A stretch of DNA of 64,000 bases, taken from Carpediemonas membranifera BICM. Taxonomy: Eukaryota > Protista > Fornicata. The notes beneath the pieces are model-generated. The model was not told the origin of the DNA. It did not search any database and saw only the letters and a list, made by a program, of their open reading frames with translations. Position numbers and translations under genes: made by a program. The DNA lies in contig JAHDYR010000043.1 in NCBI GenBank assembly GCA_019828565.1, positions 1 through 64,000 on the forward strand. Reading direction: 5' to 3'. Within the stretch, counting starts at the first letter, position 1; the number at the start of each line of letters is the position of its first letter. Of this stretch, positions 47,901 through 60,181 are shown in pieces.

Positions 47901-50900
47901 AGGGCATTCTCCGCAGAACGACCCTGCAGTCCCTCCGCCATTCGGCCCCGATCTTCCCTGTTTCGAAAGGCTCGGACGACATCCGAGTAATACACGACCT
48001 CCGAGAACTCAACACCGTGACGGAGGAGACCCGAGTCTTCCGCCTCTTCGGCATCAAACGTGCTTTGGCGACGCTCACGGCCGGGGACTGGATGACGAAG
48101 ATCGACCTCCGCTCGGGGTACTCTCAAGTCCCAGTCAGGGAGCAGGACAGGACACTTCTGGGCGTGGTCACTCCGGAGGGCGAGGCATTCTGCTACACTG
48201 GACTCCCCTTCGGTTGAACCGCGGCTCCGTTCTACTTTCAGACAATAACCATCCAGGCCGCAAAGATCATCGCCAGGCGCCTCCAGATCCACGTTTGCGT
48301 GTATCTAGACGACTTCCTCCTATCGTCTGCGCGCAAGGAGCACCTGGCATGGGCAACACACGAGGCCCTCGAGCTCATGCGCTCCCTCGGCCTCATTCCG
48401 GGGCTGGACAAGTGTATTCTTCAGCCTACACGCTGCTTGGAGTACCTCGGCCTCCTCATCAATACGGAAAACACTTCAGTGCGCCTTTCCAGCGACAAGG
48501 CGCGCAAGTATCAGCAGACGTTGATATCCGCGTTGGAGAGCGACTCCATCAGCGCCGTCGACTACTCCAAGATCCTAGGGCGTCTCTCCTTCTTCGCTTC
48601 CGCAGCGCATGCAGCACAGCTCAAGCTGCGGCCGTTGCAAGCAAGACAGCCGAGAGGCAGAGTACCTTTGGATGCAGCCCTCAAGCAAGAGCTCGCCCAG
48701 TGGGTCTCACTGCTGCAGCAGCGCCCAGCCAAGTCATTTATCGAGCTCAGGGCCCTCTGGGACATGACAGGCTCCCTGGAGATGACAGTGGCGTCCGACG
48801 CATCCAGCTTCGGCTGGGGGCCAGAGTATACCTCGGAGAGAACAACAGATCGGCGCATGGGCACTTCCCCCCGCACATAGTGAACGCCCACATCTGCACA
48901 AAGGAGCTTTTCGCAGTCGTTCGGGGCATCGAACTCATCTCTCCACAGCCGCAGGTGCGCACCCTGACATTTTTCTGCGACAACTCGGCCGTAGTCTCGT
49001 GGGTCAACAAGGGCGGATCGACAAGAGCAGACCAGACAGTCATGAGCCTACTCCACGAGCTGCAACAACACCTCGACAGCAGAAACCTCGTGGCTCGATG
49101 TCTTCACATCGCAGGACACCTCAACGTGGAGCCGGACAGGCTGAGCCGGTTCATGAAGCTCGAGTGGTCGACCCCGCGTTCAGTCCTCGAGCGAATCCAG
49201 CGCAACTGGGGACCAGTGCAGGTCGACGCGACCGCCGCTCCCACTCGCCGCTTGGCCCTCCCAGGATTCGCTCAGCACGGATGGACTCTCGCAGAACACG
49301 GCCTGTCTCGGGACTGGACGGGGATGAGAGTCTTCGCAGCTCCTCCAGTAGCGATGATTCCAGCGACATATCTGCATATTCGGACGATTCGGTCGCCGAC
49401 CCAGACTGGATCCCCTCAGACGTGGAGGTCAGCTGCGATAATAGTGACTCCGGACATCCCGTCACCAGAACTCCGCCGCTTGCTAGCCCTCTCATCAGTT
49501 CCCAAGATGTACTTCAGAGTGAACCAAGATCTTCTGTCGGACTCCGAGCTGTCGCGGCTGGCCGAGAGGGGCAGGATAAGGCTCATCGCGATGATCATCA
49601 GGACTTCGAGTTCCTCCTCCACCACGACAGGCTCTCACATCTGAGCCTAGAGGCGTCACGCAGGGCAGTCGCGGGCTACCTCGTCAAGTTCAACGCGTCG
49701 AGAGACACCACGCTATCACACGCGGCGCAGCTCAGGCAGCACCTCATGAGCGAAGCCAAGACCTCGGGGCCCGACACGATCGGCAAGAAGGGACACTGGA
49801 TTTGCAAAGCGGCCCCACTGATCTGCGACTGGACCCCCCGCAGGACAGCAGCGAGATCATCCGATCAGTCCGCAACGTAGCATCCACCACCAGACTGACT
49901 GGCGGGGCTCGACCGGTGACGAGCGACATAATCCGGTCGGGTTTCCGACGTTGGAAACAAGATCCGAAGACGTTCCAGGCGGTCTTGTTCGCCGCACTCT
50001 GCTTCCAAACTGTCAGCCGCGGCAAGGAAATCTTCACTCTGACGAGGGGAGACGTGACGTTCAGCCCAGAGGGCGACGCGACGCTGTTCATGGCACGCAC
50101 CAAGACTACCACAGCGGTGAAGAAGCTCGTGGTCAACGCCACCTTTGACTCATTCAACATCGCGAAGGCGCTCCAGCTTTGGGTCAACTTGGCCACGAAG
50201 CGCGACACGGATTCACTATGGAGGAAGGTCAACGGAGACACGATCAGCAAGACAGAGGGGCTGTCAGAAGGCGCAATGAGGCGCTGGATCGCAGCAGTGT
50301 TTGGCGACTCCGTCACTTGGCACAGCTTCAGAAAGGGCGCGGCGACCGAGCTCGCCGTCGCCGGCACTCCTGAGCACGTGCTGATGGCACTGGGGAACTG
50401 GCGCTCCGCGAAGAGCCTGCTGGCGTACACCGGCAATGGCATCCGCCAGCACCCCGCGGTCCAGAGAGACATCGCCAGGTCTCTTTTGGGCAAGCCACTG
50501 TAAACATTCGATGGGATGTTTATGGTGCAGGCTGTTGCGACCTCACGGGAGGTGACAGCTAGGAGTTAATGATATCTCCTCGGCCGGCGGGACAACCCCG
50601 TTGGATCTACGGAGTGTAGAGGGTCAGGTGGCCCGCGAGTCGGGCGGGTAGTACCCCAGCTCATTGTCGCAAGGGCGACGGGACGTGGGCGAGGCCGGCA
50701 ATCGCCGGATGCCCGCGTCATTGGTCAAGATTGGTCGGCGCAGTTTATGCGGCCAGATGACGAACGATTCGCAGCCGGTGGCTGTAAGAACGCGCTCGGG
50801 AGAGCGTCCCTCGTCGGTACGCGAGGGAAACCCAAGACTTACTTAGGAGCCGAAGGCGCGTAAGTCTTCGAATATTGACGCGGCGAAACAGGGGTTTCTT

Positions 50901-51001
50901 GCGTAAATATTCTTTCCCCCGTTGGATCTACGGAGTGTAGAGGGTCAGGTGGCCCGTTGGATCTACGGAGTGTAGAGGGTCAGGTGGCCCGCGAGTCGGG
51001 C
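44937..51001 (+). mobile_element. YR retrotransposon 4, complete A1..B1A2..B2 structure, pol interrupted by a LINE fragment
   Basis: A1 44937-45075; B1 50596-50645; A2 50646-50784; B2 50917-51001 (with a 35-bp internal tandem duplication). gag 45048-45629, pol to 49644, YR to 50503. Confidence 0.93.
45767..47833 (-). mobile_element. 5'-truncated LINE copy with a 12-bp TSD
   Basis: TSD tcggcggccgca at 45755-45766 and 47834-47845; (GAAA)n tail on the + strand. Confidence 0.95.
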
Positions 51002-51031
51002 TGGAATGATTGTGTTATCTAGCCAGCAAGC

Positions 51032-52084
51032 CTGGCGCTACATCGTCAGTAAGGTTACCTCGGGTAACGGGCCCGGAGCGGAGGGCGATGCGATAGCCTC
51101 ACTCCGGGCAAAAGGTGTTTCGCCGGTCAGGCGAGTCACGCAGTTTATGCGGACAGAATGGCGCAAGGTTCGGATCCGCCGGATCCGACGGCAACACGCT
51201 TAGATAAGCTAGAAGCTTCAATCAATTCCATGTCCGAAGCCCTGAACAGGCTTGCTCCTCCGCCTCCGCCAGAGAAAGAACCTGACGACGAAATGCTCGA
51301 AAGTTCCACCGTTGCTAGGTTCAATACCTCCGAATCGTTGGAGGAGGACACGATGGAGGACATAGATGCAACTCTGGCAGAGATGGACACCTTCTCGGAG
51401 TTACCAAGCAAGAGACCTCTCAAGGCAGAAGCGAAGTGGCTTCAACGCGTTGTCGTGATCAATAGTGCTCTCCCAGATTCCGCGACGAAACAACGTCTTC
51501 TTCTCGAACTACAGGCTCGTAGAATGGTCCTAGACCTCAAAGATGATAACTGGTCCGATGCCACGACCGAGCTGTTTCAGGACCTCTTCAACAGCACAGA
51601 AAGCAAGAGCAGCCGCACCATCGCTTACTGCGCAGCGAAGGCCCGCTCTAAGGGCAGGCGTAAGGACACCAACGGTAACATGGGGGGTTTCACAAGAAGA
51701 AGAGAACATAACAACCTCTGTTCATCAATTCCCGTCGATGAACGCGAGGTGGTGGTTATGGGAAAGGCTCGGCGCCTCGGACGAGGTGGTCGGCTGGCTC
51801 CGTCACGGCGTACCTATCAAGCTAACAGGCACTCCCCCGCCACCCACGCCACAACGGCGCCTGGACCCACGGCTCACCCCAAAGCTCGACGAGATGGTCC
51901 GACTTGGCGTGATCTCACCCTGTACCAGCGGGCAACTCCGGCACAGTGCCCCGCTCTTCGCGGTTGCAAAGGGCGAGCACGATGTCCGCCCGGTACACGA
52001 CCTACGCGACCTCAACGCAATCACTGCGGAGACGCGGGTCTTCCGGCTCTTCGGCCTAAAACGAGCAGTGCGCAACCTCGTCGA
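51032..52084 (+). mobile_element. YR retrotransposon 5 (gag from 51158, pol from 51738), 3'-truncated
   Basis: gag closely related to that of element 2; RT N-terminus HSAPLFAV..HDLR. Confidence 0.85.
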
Positions 52085-52199
52085 GGCGGGCAGTGTTCCG
52101 CGCATTGAGCGGCACGTCGTAGAGCCTGAGTGGTTGGTTCCTCAGCTCACGGATCCCTCCCTCGATTAAGTGATCGTTGCTGTTCTGCGTCATATCGAG

Positions 52200-52235
52200 C
52201 CTTACCTTACCTTGCCTTACCTTACCTTAGCTTAC
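52200..52235 (+). repeat. (CCTTA)n microsatellite, about 6-7 units
   Basis: ccttaccttaccttgccttaccttaccttagcttac at the junction of two broken elements. Confidence 0.85.
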
Positions 52236-54136
52236 GGGCCCTGCCCGTGTTAAACCTTGGCGGTTGACCCACGACTTCGCCGCGGTGTTGTCTGTGAACA
52301 CCGTTAGATTGGCGTTGCCCCTCTGCGCAGGCACCATCAGGACTCCCTGCCAGATTGCGTACAGCTCCTTCACGCATATGTTGGAATCCTGAACATCCCG
52401 AGGGAAGTGTCCTTGCGCTGTTCGTGACGCGGCCCCTTGGTATAGCGATGCGCCCCAGCCCTGGCCTGATGCGTCTGTCGCAACCGTGACCTGCAGATCT
52501 CCCTGCATGCCCCAAAGGCTCCTTAGCTCTGCGAATGGCCTGGAGGGTCGCTGCCGCAGGACCTCGTCCCAGGGTTCGAGAAGCGCCCTTAGCTCTGTTG
52601 TGACTGTGATGTAATCCGAGGGCTTCACCGCCTGAAGAGGACGAAGCCTCAGCAGGGCGGCGTGGGCTGTGGAGGAGAAGAAGGCCAGCTTGCCTAGTAG
52701 ATTGGCCCAGTCTCTCGCGCGTAGTCTGCCCTGGACCAGGGCCTCCTGAAGGTGCTGCCTGTAATGAGCGCTCTTGTCCTCTGATAGCCTCATGGAGTCT
52801 GTCGAAGTGTCTAGTACGACCCCAAGATACTCGATCGACCTTGTCGGGGTCAGCTGTGACTTCTTCAGGCTCGGGATGACTCCTAGCGACGCCATGAGCT
52901 CGATCACCCCCTGCGTCGCACGTGCTAGAACGTCCTTGGACTTGTGGGTGAGCAAGAAGTCGTCCAGGTATACCGACACTTGTACGCCGAACCGTCGGGC
53001 TATGATCTTTGCCAGTTGTACCGTCACGCTCTGAAAGAAGAACGGGGCGGCCTGCCATCCGAAGCTGAGACCTCTGTAGTAGTAAGCTTTGCCCTCTGGT
53101 GTGACGACACCCAGGAGCTTCGCGTCCTCCGGAACGACCCCTAATTGGTGTTAGCCCGACCGTAGATCTATCTTTGTCATGTAAGCGTTGTGTGTGAGTG
53201 TGCTGAGGGCCCGCTTGAGGCCGAATAGTCGGAATGTGCGTGCCTCCGATGAAACAGCATTGAGCTGGCGAAGGTCGTGCACGACACGGATGTTCTCTGC
53301 GCCCTTGGCGACACAGAACAGTGGGGCGGAGTGACGCAGGTCCTGGAGCGTGCACTCCTCTAGAACTCCCTCCTGTAGCATCTCTGCGATCTTGTCGTTG
53401 ATCCTCGGGTCCATGGTACGTTGTGGTTGTGGTGGCGGTGGCGGCTGAGTGACGGAGATGGGTACGCCGTGGTGCAAAAGGTCTACAACCTCCTGGCTTG
53501 CACCAAAGCGCTCCCAAAGCTCCCATTTGGCATTCATTGATGGAAATTTTTGTCTTAATCTCTCTTGTTCTTCTTGTTCTTGCCGCCACCCTGGCCCCTC
53601 TGGTAGCTGGGCGGGCCTGGAAAAAAGTCTCCTTCGACATTGCTGTAGTTTTCGTCCTTCATCTTCAGGATCCTGCGGCGAGCCTGAAGTTCAAGATCAA
53701 TCCTCTTCCTGTCCTTCTTATCCATCCTAGAAGCCTGCAGCATGGCGGAAATTCTCCGAACGAACATCGCCTCCTCTCTTAGCGGGCCCTTTGAAGGAAG
53801 ATCTGCCAGTCCGTCGATGTACCGGATAGTAGCGTCAAAGTTCTCGTCCTCTTCATCCTCAACCTCTTCGTTCTTCTTTTCCTCTGCTTCCTCGTGCTCG
53901 CTAGCAAGATCGAAGATCGGGGACTCGTTCTCCCTTTCTCTTCCTTTTGCAGCAGCCAACTGGCTGACAGTTCCAGCTAGCTTCTCAATCTGCTCTTTTA
54001 GTCCCGCGAAATCCGATGCCGTCGGCGGAGCCGAAGTTTCTACCATTCTGCCTGCTTAAAGTGCACCCGCACAACGATTGATCGTCTCTTGCGGATGGCG
54101 TCACCCAAGGTGACATTAGAGCTGATGTAGCCCCAT
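52232..54136 (-). mobile_element. YR retrotransposon M (minus strand; gag 54046-53555, pol from 53537), truncated in RNase H
   Basis: SVYLDD, TDAS, DNTAA; A-type 5' leader related to those of elements 2 and 5. Confidence 0.88.
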
Positions 54137-54229
54137 GACCGATACCCCCGTCACATGACGCTACACGGCCCTGAGACCCCCCAGAACCCAAGTACTACCT
54201 CGATCTCGCCCCGCGAAGCCTCGACTGCT

Positions 54230-57200
54230 GAGTACCACTCGAGCCCATTGGCACTCGGGGTGCTGAGACGCCCGAGAGGGCGCACGGAAACGTGCAGTTT
54301 ATGGCATCAGAATTTCGAATGCCCGAAGGCACATCGGGCACGTCCGCAGAACCTCCTGTATCCCAGGAAGAGTTCCGAAAGTTTACCAACAACGTAACTG
54401 CCACATTGGAGTTCATGAAAACGAAGATGGAGAACATCGAGGAAAGATCCATCCAGAGGGAGGTAGAACAAGAAGAGTACGAGCTAGAAACCGATGAGCA
54501 AGCAACCCAGGGAACCTTCCAAGGCCTTCCGTCCTTCTTGTTCGATTTGGAGCTCCCCAAGAGGTACGGGCCCCGCGACGAAGCCAAGTTCCTACGCGAG
54601 ATCATGCGTCTCCTGACGACCGCGGACCCGCACTCACTCGACGTGAACGATCTACTGCTCCGTCTCCTGAGCCGGTTCAAGGTCCTTCTCCTCAAGGACG
54701 ACTACGACGACAACGTCTGTGACTACGCCACTGCAGCCCTGCGAGCCACGCCCCCGAAGTCTGAGATGGAGATCGAGACGATCCTCGCTAAGGCCAAGAC
54801 TAAGGGCAAGCGTAAGCGTCGGAATTTTCAGGAGCAGGGCTCCAGCAGCGTCGGCCGCCGGGCCCGCTCCTAATATTCCCATCAACCCGTTCGCGATGGC
54901 GGGTGTGGGAACAATTCAGGGTAGCTCCAGCAGTAGTAGCGCGGGTACGAGACGGAATCCCCGTCGAGATCACAGCGCCTCCACCACCGGCAGCCCCACA
55001 GAAAGAAAGAAAGAAAGAAATTTATGGTGCTTGGATTCTGACCCCGGACTGAGCTTGTTTCCCGTTGTCTTGGAGCTGAGTGCCCCGGGGTACTGCCTAT
55101 TTCCCGTGGCAAACTGGTCAGCAGCGTTTGCCTTGGGCTTTCGGTGCTACTGTCTCCGCGGAAAGCCGATTCCAATCGCCCCAGAGGCCCTGCGGCCATC
55201 TCCGTGCAAATATGCTTTCCTGTCTCCCTGAAAGTCCGGCAACTATCCGGGGAGCCTGGGGGTCTGTCCTCGGGGCATTGACAGGCAGGATCGTCCTGCA
55301 GAACCTTGACTATGACACTCCTTGCTTCCCTGCAGTCCTTGTAGAGCCGTTCAGCCACGGCACCCTCTCGTCTGTCCGGTTCCCCAATTCCATGCCCCCT
55401 CGACTCTGTTAAGAAGCCTACCCGAAGGCGGGGAAAGTGACTAAGTCCATGCTGTCTACCCCGGTTAGGTGGCGTGGGTCAGCGGCAGCCCCAGGCACTA
55501 GGCCTGGTTGTCCTGTTACCCCTTACAACATTTCGCTTGCACTACATGTCCTTGGTTTCCCATGTCGTTAACAAGGGCGGCAGGGGCACCTGTGCCCCTC
55601 CGACCCCCGTGGCCAGTCCCTGCAGTTTCCTTGGGGTCCCAACGAGTGGTGCAACCATATGAATATGGATTTCCTTGACCTTATCCTTGCTCTGTCCTTG
55701 TTGCATGTCCTTTCTTTCTTATTTCTGATCTGTCCTTCCCTGTTCTTTTCCTTGCAGTCGTTCCTTCCCTTGCTTTGGTTCCTGGCTACCGGGATACGTG
55801 GGGCCTTTCCTCACTGATCCCAGGAGCTTAGCACCAGCGAGGGTGGTCCATGGCTGATTCCTTGTCCATCCCTTCCCGGTCCTGGAGTCAGGGGTTCATG
55901 ACATGCTTCTATTCCACCTTGAAGCTGTTGTAAACCTTTGCCAGTTCCCGTAGTCCTGCCGTGAGGCCTTCCCAAATGTCCTCCGAGCCCCATATTATTA
56001 GTTGCTGTAATTCTAGGATGGGTCTTTCCTGGTACCATTCGCCCTGGGGGCCCTGCCTTACTTCCAAGTCCTTAGTTTTGTGCTTCGCTGCTGTCCACAG
56101 CTTTGTCCAAGCTTCTCCCCTGTCTACTGCCGGGCATTCACAGATTATGTGCGCTGCCGATCCTAGCCTCTGGCCCTCTGCCCACTCCCCTGATCATTTC
56201 CTGCTTCCTTGCTGGTCCTGGCTTTTCCCTAATGATCCTGTAGAACAGGCTCACCTCCGACTCCTCCGAGCATAGGGGGCATAGTCTGCTAATTTCTCTC
56301 TTCAGGTCAGCGCCTTGGGCCAGCTCTGTGATGGCTCTCATAGGGCCCTCCCCTCTCTCTGCCGACGATGGGGATGGGCTGACATTGGCTGCAATGGATA
56401 CAATTCTCTTCCATTCCGCCCTGCTTTGCCCCTTCCCAGCCTTTCGGTCTACCGTAGGCTTACCTTGCAGACACTTGCTTAATTTCCTTGTCCCCATGAT
56501 TTCCATTAGTCCTAGTCCGGCAGCCCCACAGAGGACCATCGACCCGAGGATACTTCCGAAGCTCGAATCAATGACACAACAAGGAATCATCGAGCCGACG
56601 CCCCTCAGTCAGCTCAAGCACAGCGCCCCGCTGTTTGCTGTCCCCAAGGGGGAAGACATAAGAGTGATCCACGACCTGAGGCGGCTGAACACGGTCACAC
56701 GCGAACGCCGCTCCTTCCGTCTGTTCGGCATACGTCGTGCCATCAACACACTCTCCAGCCAGGCCTGGATGGCCAAGATAGACCTAAGATCCGGCTACTC
56801 ACAGCTGGCCATCAGAGACTCGGACAAACCGCTCCTGGGCATCGCTCTGCCCGACGGTCGGGCGTTCCAATACCGCACGCTAGGCTTCGGTTGGACCGCC
56901 GCGCCTTATTTCTTCCAGTCCGCTATGGTCCAGGTAGCAAAGGTCATCGCCCTCCGCCACAAGGTAATCGTCAACGTCTACCTCGACGACTTCTTACTGT
57001 CAGCCGACAGCAGAGACCACCTCAGCAAGGAAATACCCAAGATCATCAAGACGATGGAGGCACTGGGCCTCATCCCGTCGCTGGAGAAGTGCATCTTAAC
57101 ACCGTGCCAGTGCATAGAATTCCTTGGCCTGCTCCTGAACACCACGTCCAACACCATCCGTCTCCCCGCCGACAAGGCCAAGAGGTACGCAGAGGCCCTA

Positions 57201-59538
57201 TCAGAAGCACTCGTCAAGAAGCGCATCCGCGCGAAAGACTGGGCGAAGATCGTAGGCAAGCTCTCCTTCTTCGCCACCTCTGCAAGACGGGCTACCCTGA
57301 AGCTCCGCACGCTCCCTTCTGCCACGGAGAACTGGGTCGACATCCACCCCTACACAGCAGACCTCAAGGAGTGGCTGCAGCTCCTGGCCGTCCGACCAAC
57401 CCGCTCCTTCGCCGAGTTGAAGAACCTATGGTCTCAGGACCAGCAACTAGAGCTGATTATTTCCACAGATGCGTCGGGCACAGGCTGGGGAGCCCAGTGG
57501 ACCAACACGTCCGCGAACTCCCACGGTTCTTTCAAGGGCGCACTGGCGGAACAATCTATCAACGTGAAGGAGCTCGCCGCAGTCCTCTTTGGCTCACGCA
57601 TCATACCAGCACAGGACTCAGAGCGCAATCTCACGGTCTTCTCAGACAACAGCTCGTGCGTCGCCTGGATCAACAAGGAGGGCAGCTCAAAGGCCCCCCG
57701 ATGGCGCTACAGACACTCAGGATACTCTACAAGGAGATGGAACGCAAGAAGCTCCTCATACACGCTCGACACACCCCAGGCCACCTCAATCTCGCCGCAG
57801 ACCGACTGTCACGCGGGTTGTCCACCCCACCCCACGTGCTGGAGACAATTCTCGAGACTTGGGGCCCCGTCGACGTGGACGCTACAGCACACCCAGACCG
57901 CACTCTACGCCTCCCAGGGTTTACCATCGAACACTGGCCGGACGGCCTGTTCAGGGACTGGCGCGGACACCGCGTTTATGCCGCGCCACACCCGTCCCCG
58001 ATGACCTTGGGACGGACATGGCAGACCCTCCTACCGATCTTAACGACCCCGACTACATCCCCTCCGAACTCGTGGACCTCAGCATGCTTCCTCGTCGTGC
58101 CAGACATTACGAGCCCCGAACTCCAACAACTCAAGGCGCACGCGACATGCAAGATTCCCTTCTCAGTACCGAAAGACGACTTCGCATCAGAGGACCAACA
58201 ACTCCTAGACCGTCTCTCCAGGCCAAACGGGACCATCCGCTTCATAGCTCTCGCCTTCAGGACACGTTCTCCAGAATCCTGCAGCACCCAATACTGTCTC
58301 ACATGCGCCGAGACGAGTCCAAGCGCTCAGTAGCCGGATGGATTACAGCATTCCTTGAGTACCGCGACCCACACGAGGACGACACCGATGAGTACCGAGC
58401 CTTCCTGGAGGACGAGGCCGAGTATAATGCACCAGCCACGGTCGATCGAAAGGGATACTGGATCGAGAAGGCCGCCCCACTCTTTTCCGACTGGACCCCC
58501 AGCACCTACTGTCCACAAATCAGAAGAGGCATAGCAGACAACGCCAACACCACCGGCATGACAGGCGGGTCAGCCCCAGTCACAAGGGAGGACATGATCA
58601 GGGCCATCAAGTCCAGGAACAGCGACATCGCGACGTACCAAGCGACACTATTCGCCGCGATTGCTTACCTGACCGTGAGCCGCGGAGCTGAAATCTTCAA
58701 CCTGACGAGCGCTGACATCGTGTTCAAGGCAAACGGGGACGCCCAGCTGCTCCTTGGTCGCACAAAGACGCTTGCAAAGGTCACTAAGTCACTACCCAAC
58801 ACCCTACTAGGCCCATTCAACCCAGCGCTGGCCCTGAAGAGATGGGTACGAGGCTTGAACCTTCCACCGGACGCCTGCATCTGGCGCGCGATCACATCCT
58901 CATCGAAGGTCAGCCGTAAGACCCCGTGCACAATGCGACGTATGCGAGAGGAGCTACGCACAGTCTTCCACGACAACAGGATTGGCCTACACAGCTTCCG
59001 CAAGGGAGCGGCTTCCGAACTGGCACTAGCAGGCACACCGATAGAGACCTTACTCCAACTCGGAACCTGGGCTAACGGCAACTCTCTCCGGCCTTACATC
59101 GGGGAGGCTATCCGCAACCACCCTCGTCAAACCCGACAAACTGCAAACACCCTGTTCCCATTCTAACACCATAAACCATCGCACCGGAGGCCGTCAAGGA
59201 GACGCCCGGTCCAGCCGAAAGCAGCAAGGAGCTGCTGGCACTTGAGGCAGGCATGGAGCCGCCATACTCCACTGTAATTACTCTACTTACCTCAGATCTG
59301 CGGACGGTGTTCCCCTTTGGGAGTATGAGTTAGGTGGCTAGCCTAGTCTAGCGAGTACCACTCGAGCCCATTGGCACCCGGGGTGCTGAGACGCCCGAGA
59401 GGGCGCACGGAAACGTGCAGTTTATGGCATCAGAATTTCGAATGCCCGAAGGCACATCGGGCCTAAAGGAGCCCGAGAAGAATAAATCCTTTACCCCCCC
59501 CTTTGGGAGTATGAGTTAGGTGGCTAGCCTAGTCTAGC
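54230..59538 (+). mobile_element. YR retrotransposon 6, complete repeats, pol interrupted by a LINE fragment
   Basis: A1 54230-54339; B1 59312-59352; A2 59353-59462; B2 59498-59538. gag to 54873, pol to 58333, YR to 59166 (HSFRKG, GTW, PY). Confidence 0.93.
55003..56516 (-). mobile_element. 5'-truncated LINE copy with a 14-16-bp TSD
   Basis: TSD ccggcagccccaca(ga) at 54987-55002 and 56517-56532. Confidence 0.95.
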
Positions 59539-59567
59539 ACCCTCAATCTCAAGATCTAGTAAAAGGA

Positions 59568-59641
59568 TGCCCCCAGTGAGGCTCGAACTCACGACCTATA
59601 GCTTATGAGACTATCGCTCGTACCGACTGAGCTATAGGGGC
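59568..59641 (-). tRNA. trnM: tRNA-Met (CAT), elongator type, no encoded CCA
   Basis: Full cloverleaf: GCCCCTA/TGGGGGC-A acceptor, GCTC/GAGC D-stem, ATAGT-CTCATAA-GCTAT anticodon arm, GTGAG-TTCGAGC-CTCAC T-arm. A TTTT terminator follows. Confidence 0.95.
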
Positions 59642-60181
59642 TTTTGAGACGTCAGCTCCGGCGTGAGATAATGGAGCATGGGCGATGGATCTGCCTGATT
59701 CGATTTATTCGAGCCGAACGAATCGGGATCGAATCAATTACGGCCAGATGGCTGAAGAAACCGAGAACAACACCGGGGACCGCACGCCTGAAGCAGAGAA
59801 GATCCCAGATCCGCAGAAGCGCATCAACGAACTAACAGGCGAGTTATTGACGCTTCGAGATTTAATGTCGCTGGAGTGGCGCCACCCGGACTCACTAGCC
59901 ATGCGTAACGAGTCCGAATGGCTGCAGATGCTCTACAGGGACATCGTCCTCCACCCGAGCTGGACAACCGAGACGATCAAGCTTCAGCTAATGCTCCGTC
60001 ATGAGCTTCTCCTCATTAAGGACATCAATGGCTTTCACTACGCCGACGCAGTCAAGGACTACGTCAGAGCCCGACGTTCCAGGATCCGTGATTCCGAGAG
60101 CCTCACCGTCCTCATCGCAGAGGCCCGCTCCAGTGCCAGAGTCGCCCCCAAGAGCGATAAGCGCCCCAGAAAAAACTAATT

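Noticed and set aside
50785-50915. Hammerhead or HDV ribozyme in the YR spacers or the LINE 5' end
   Set aside because: Stems are present, but no CUGANGA/GAAA core or nested pseudoknot could be identified by eye.
59284-59315. tacttacct resembling the U1 snRNA 5' end (also tactacct at 28788 and 54193)
   Set aside because: No U1 stem-loops or Sm site follow, and the first lies in the 3' region of a YR element.
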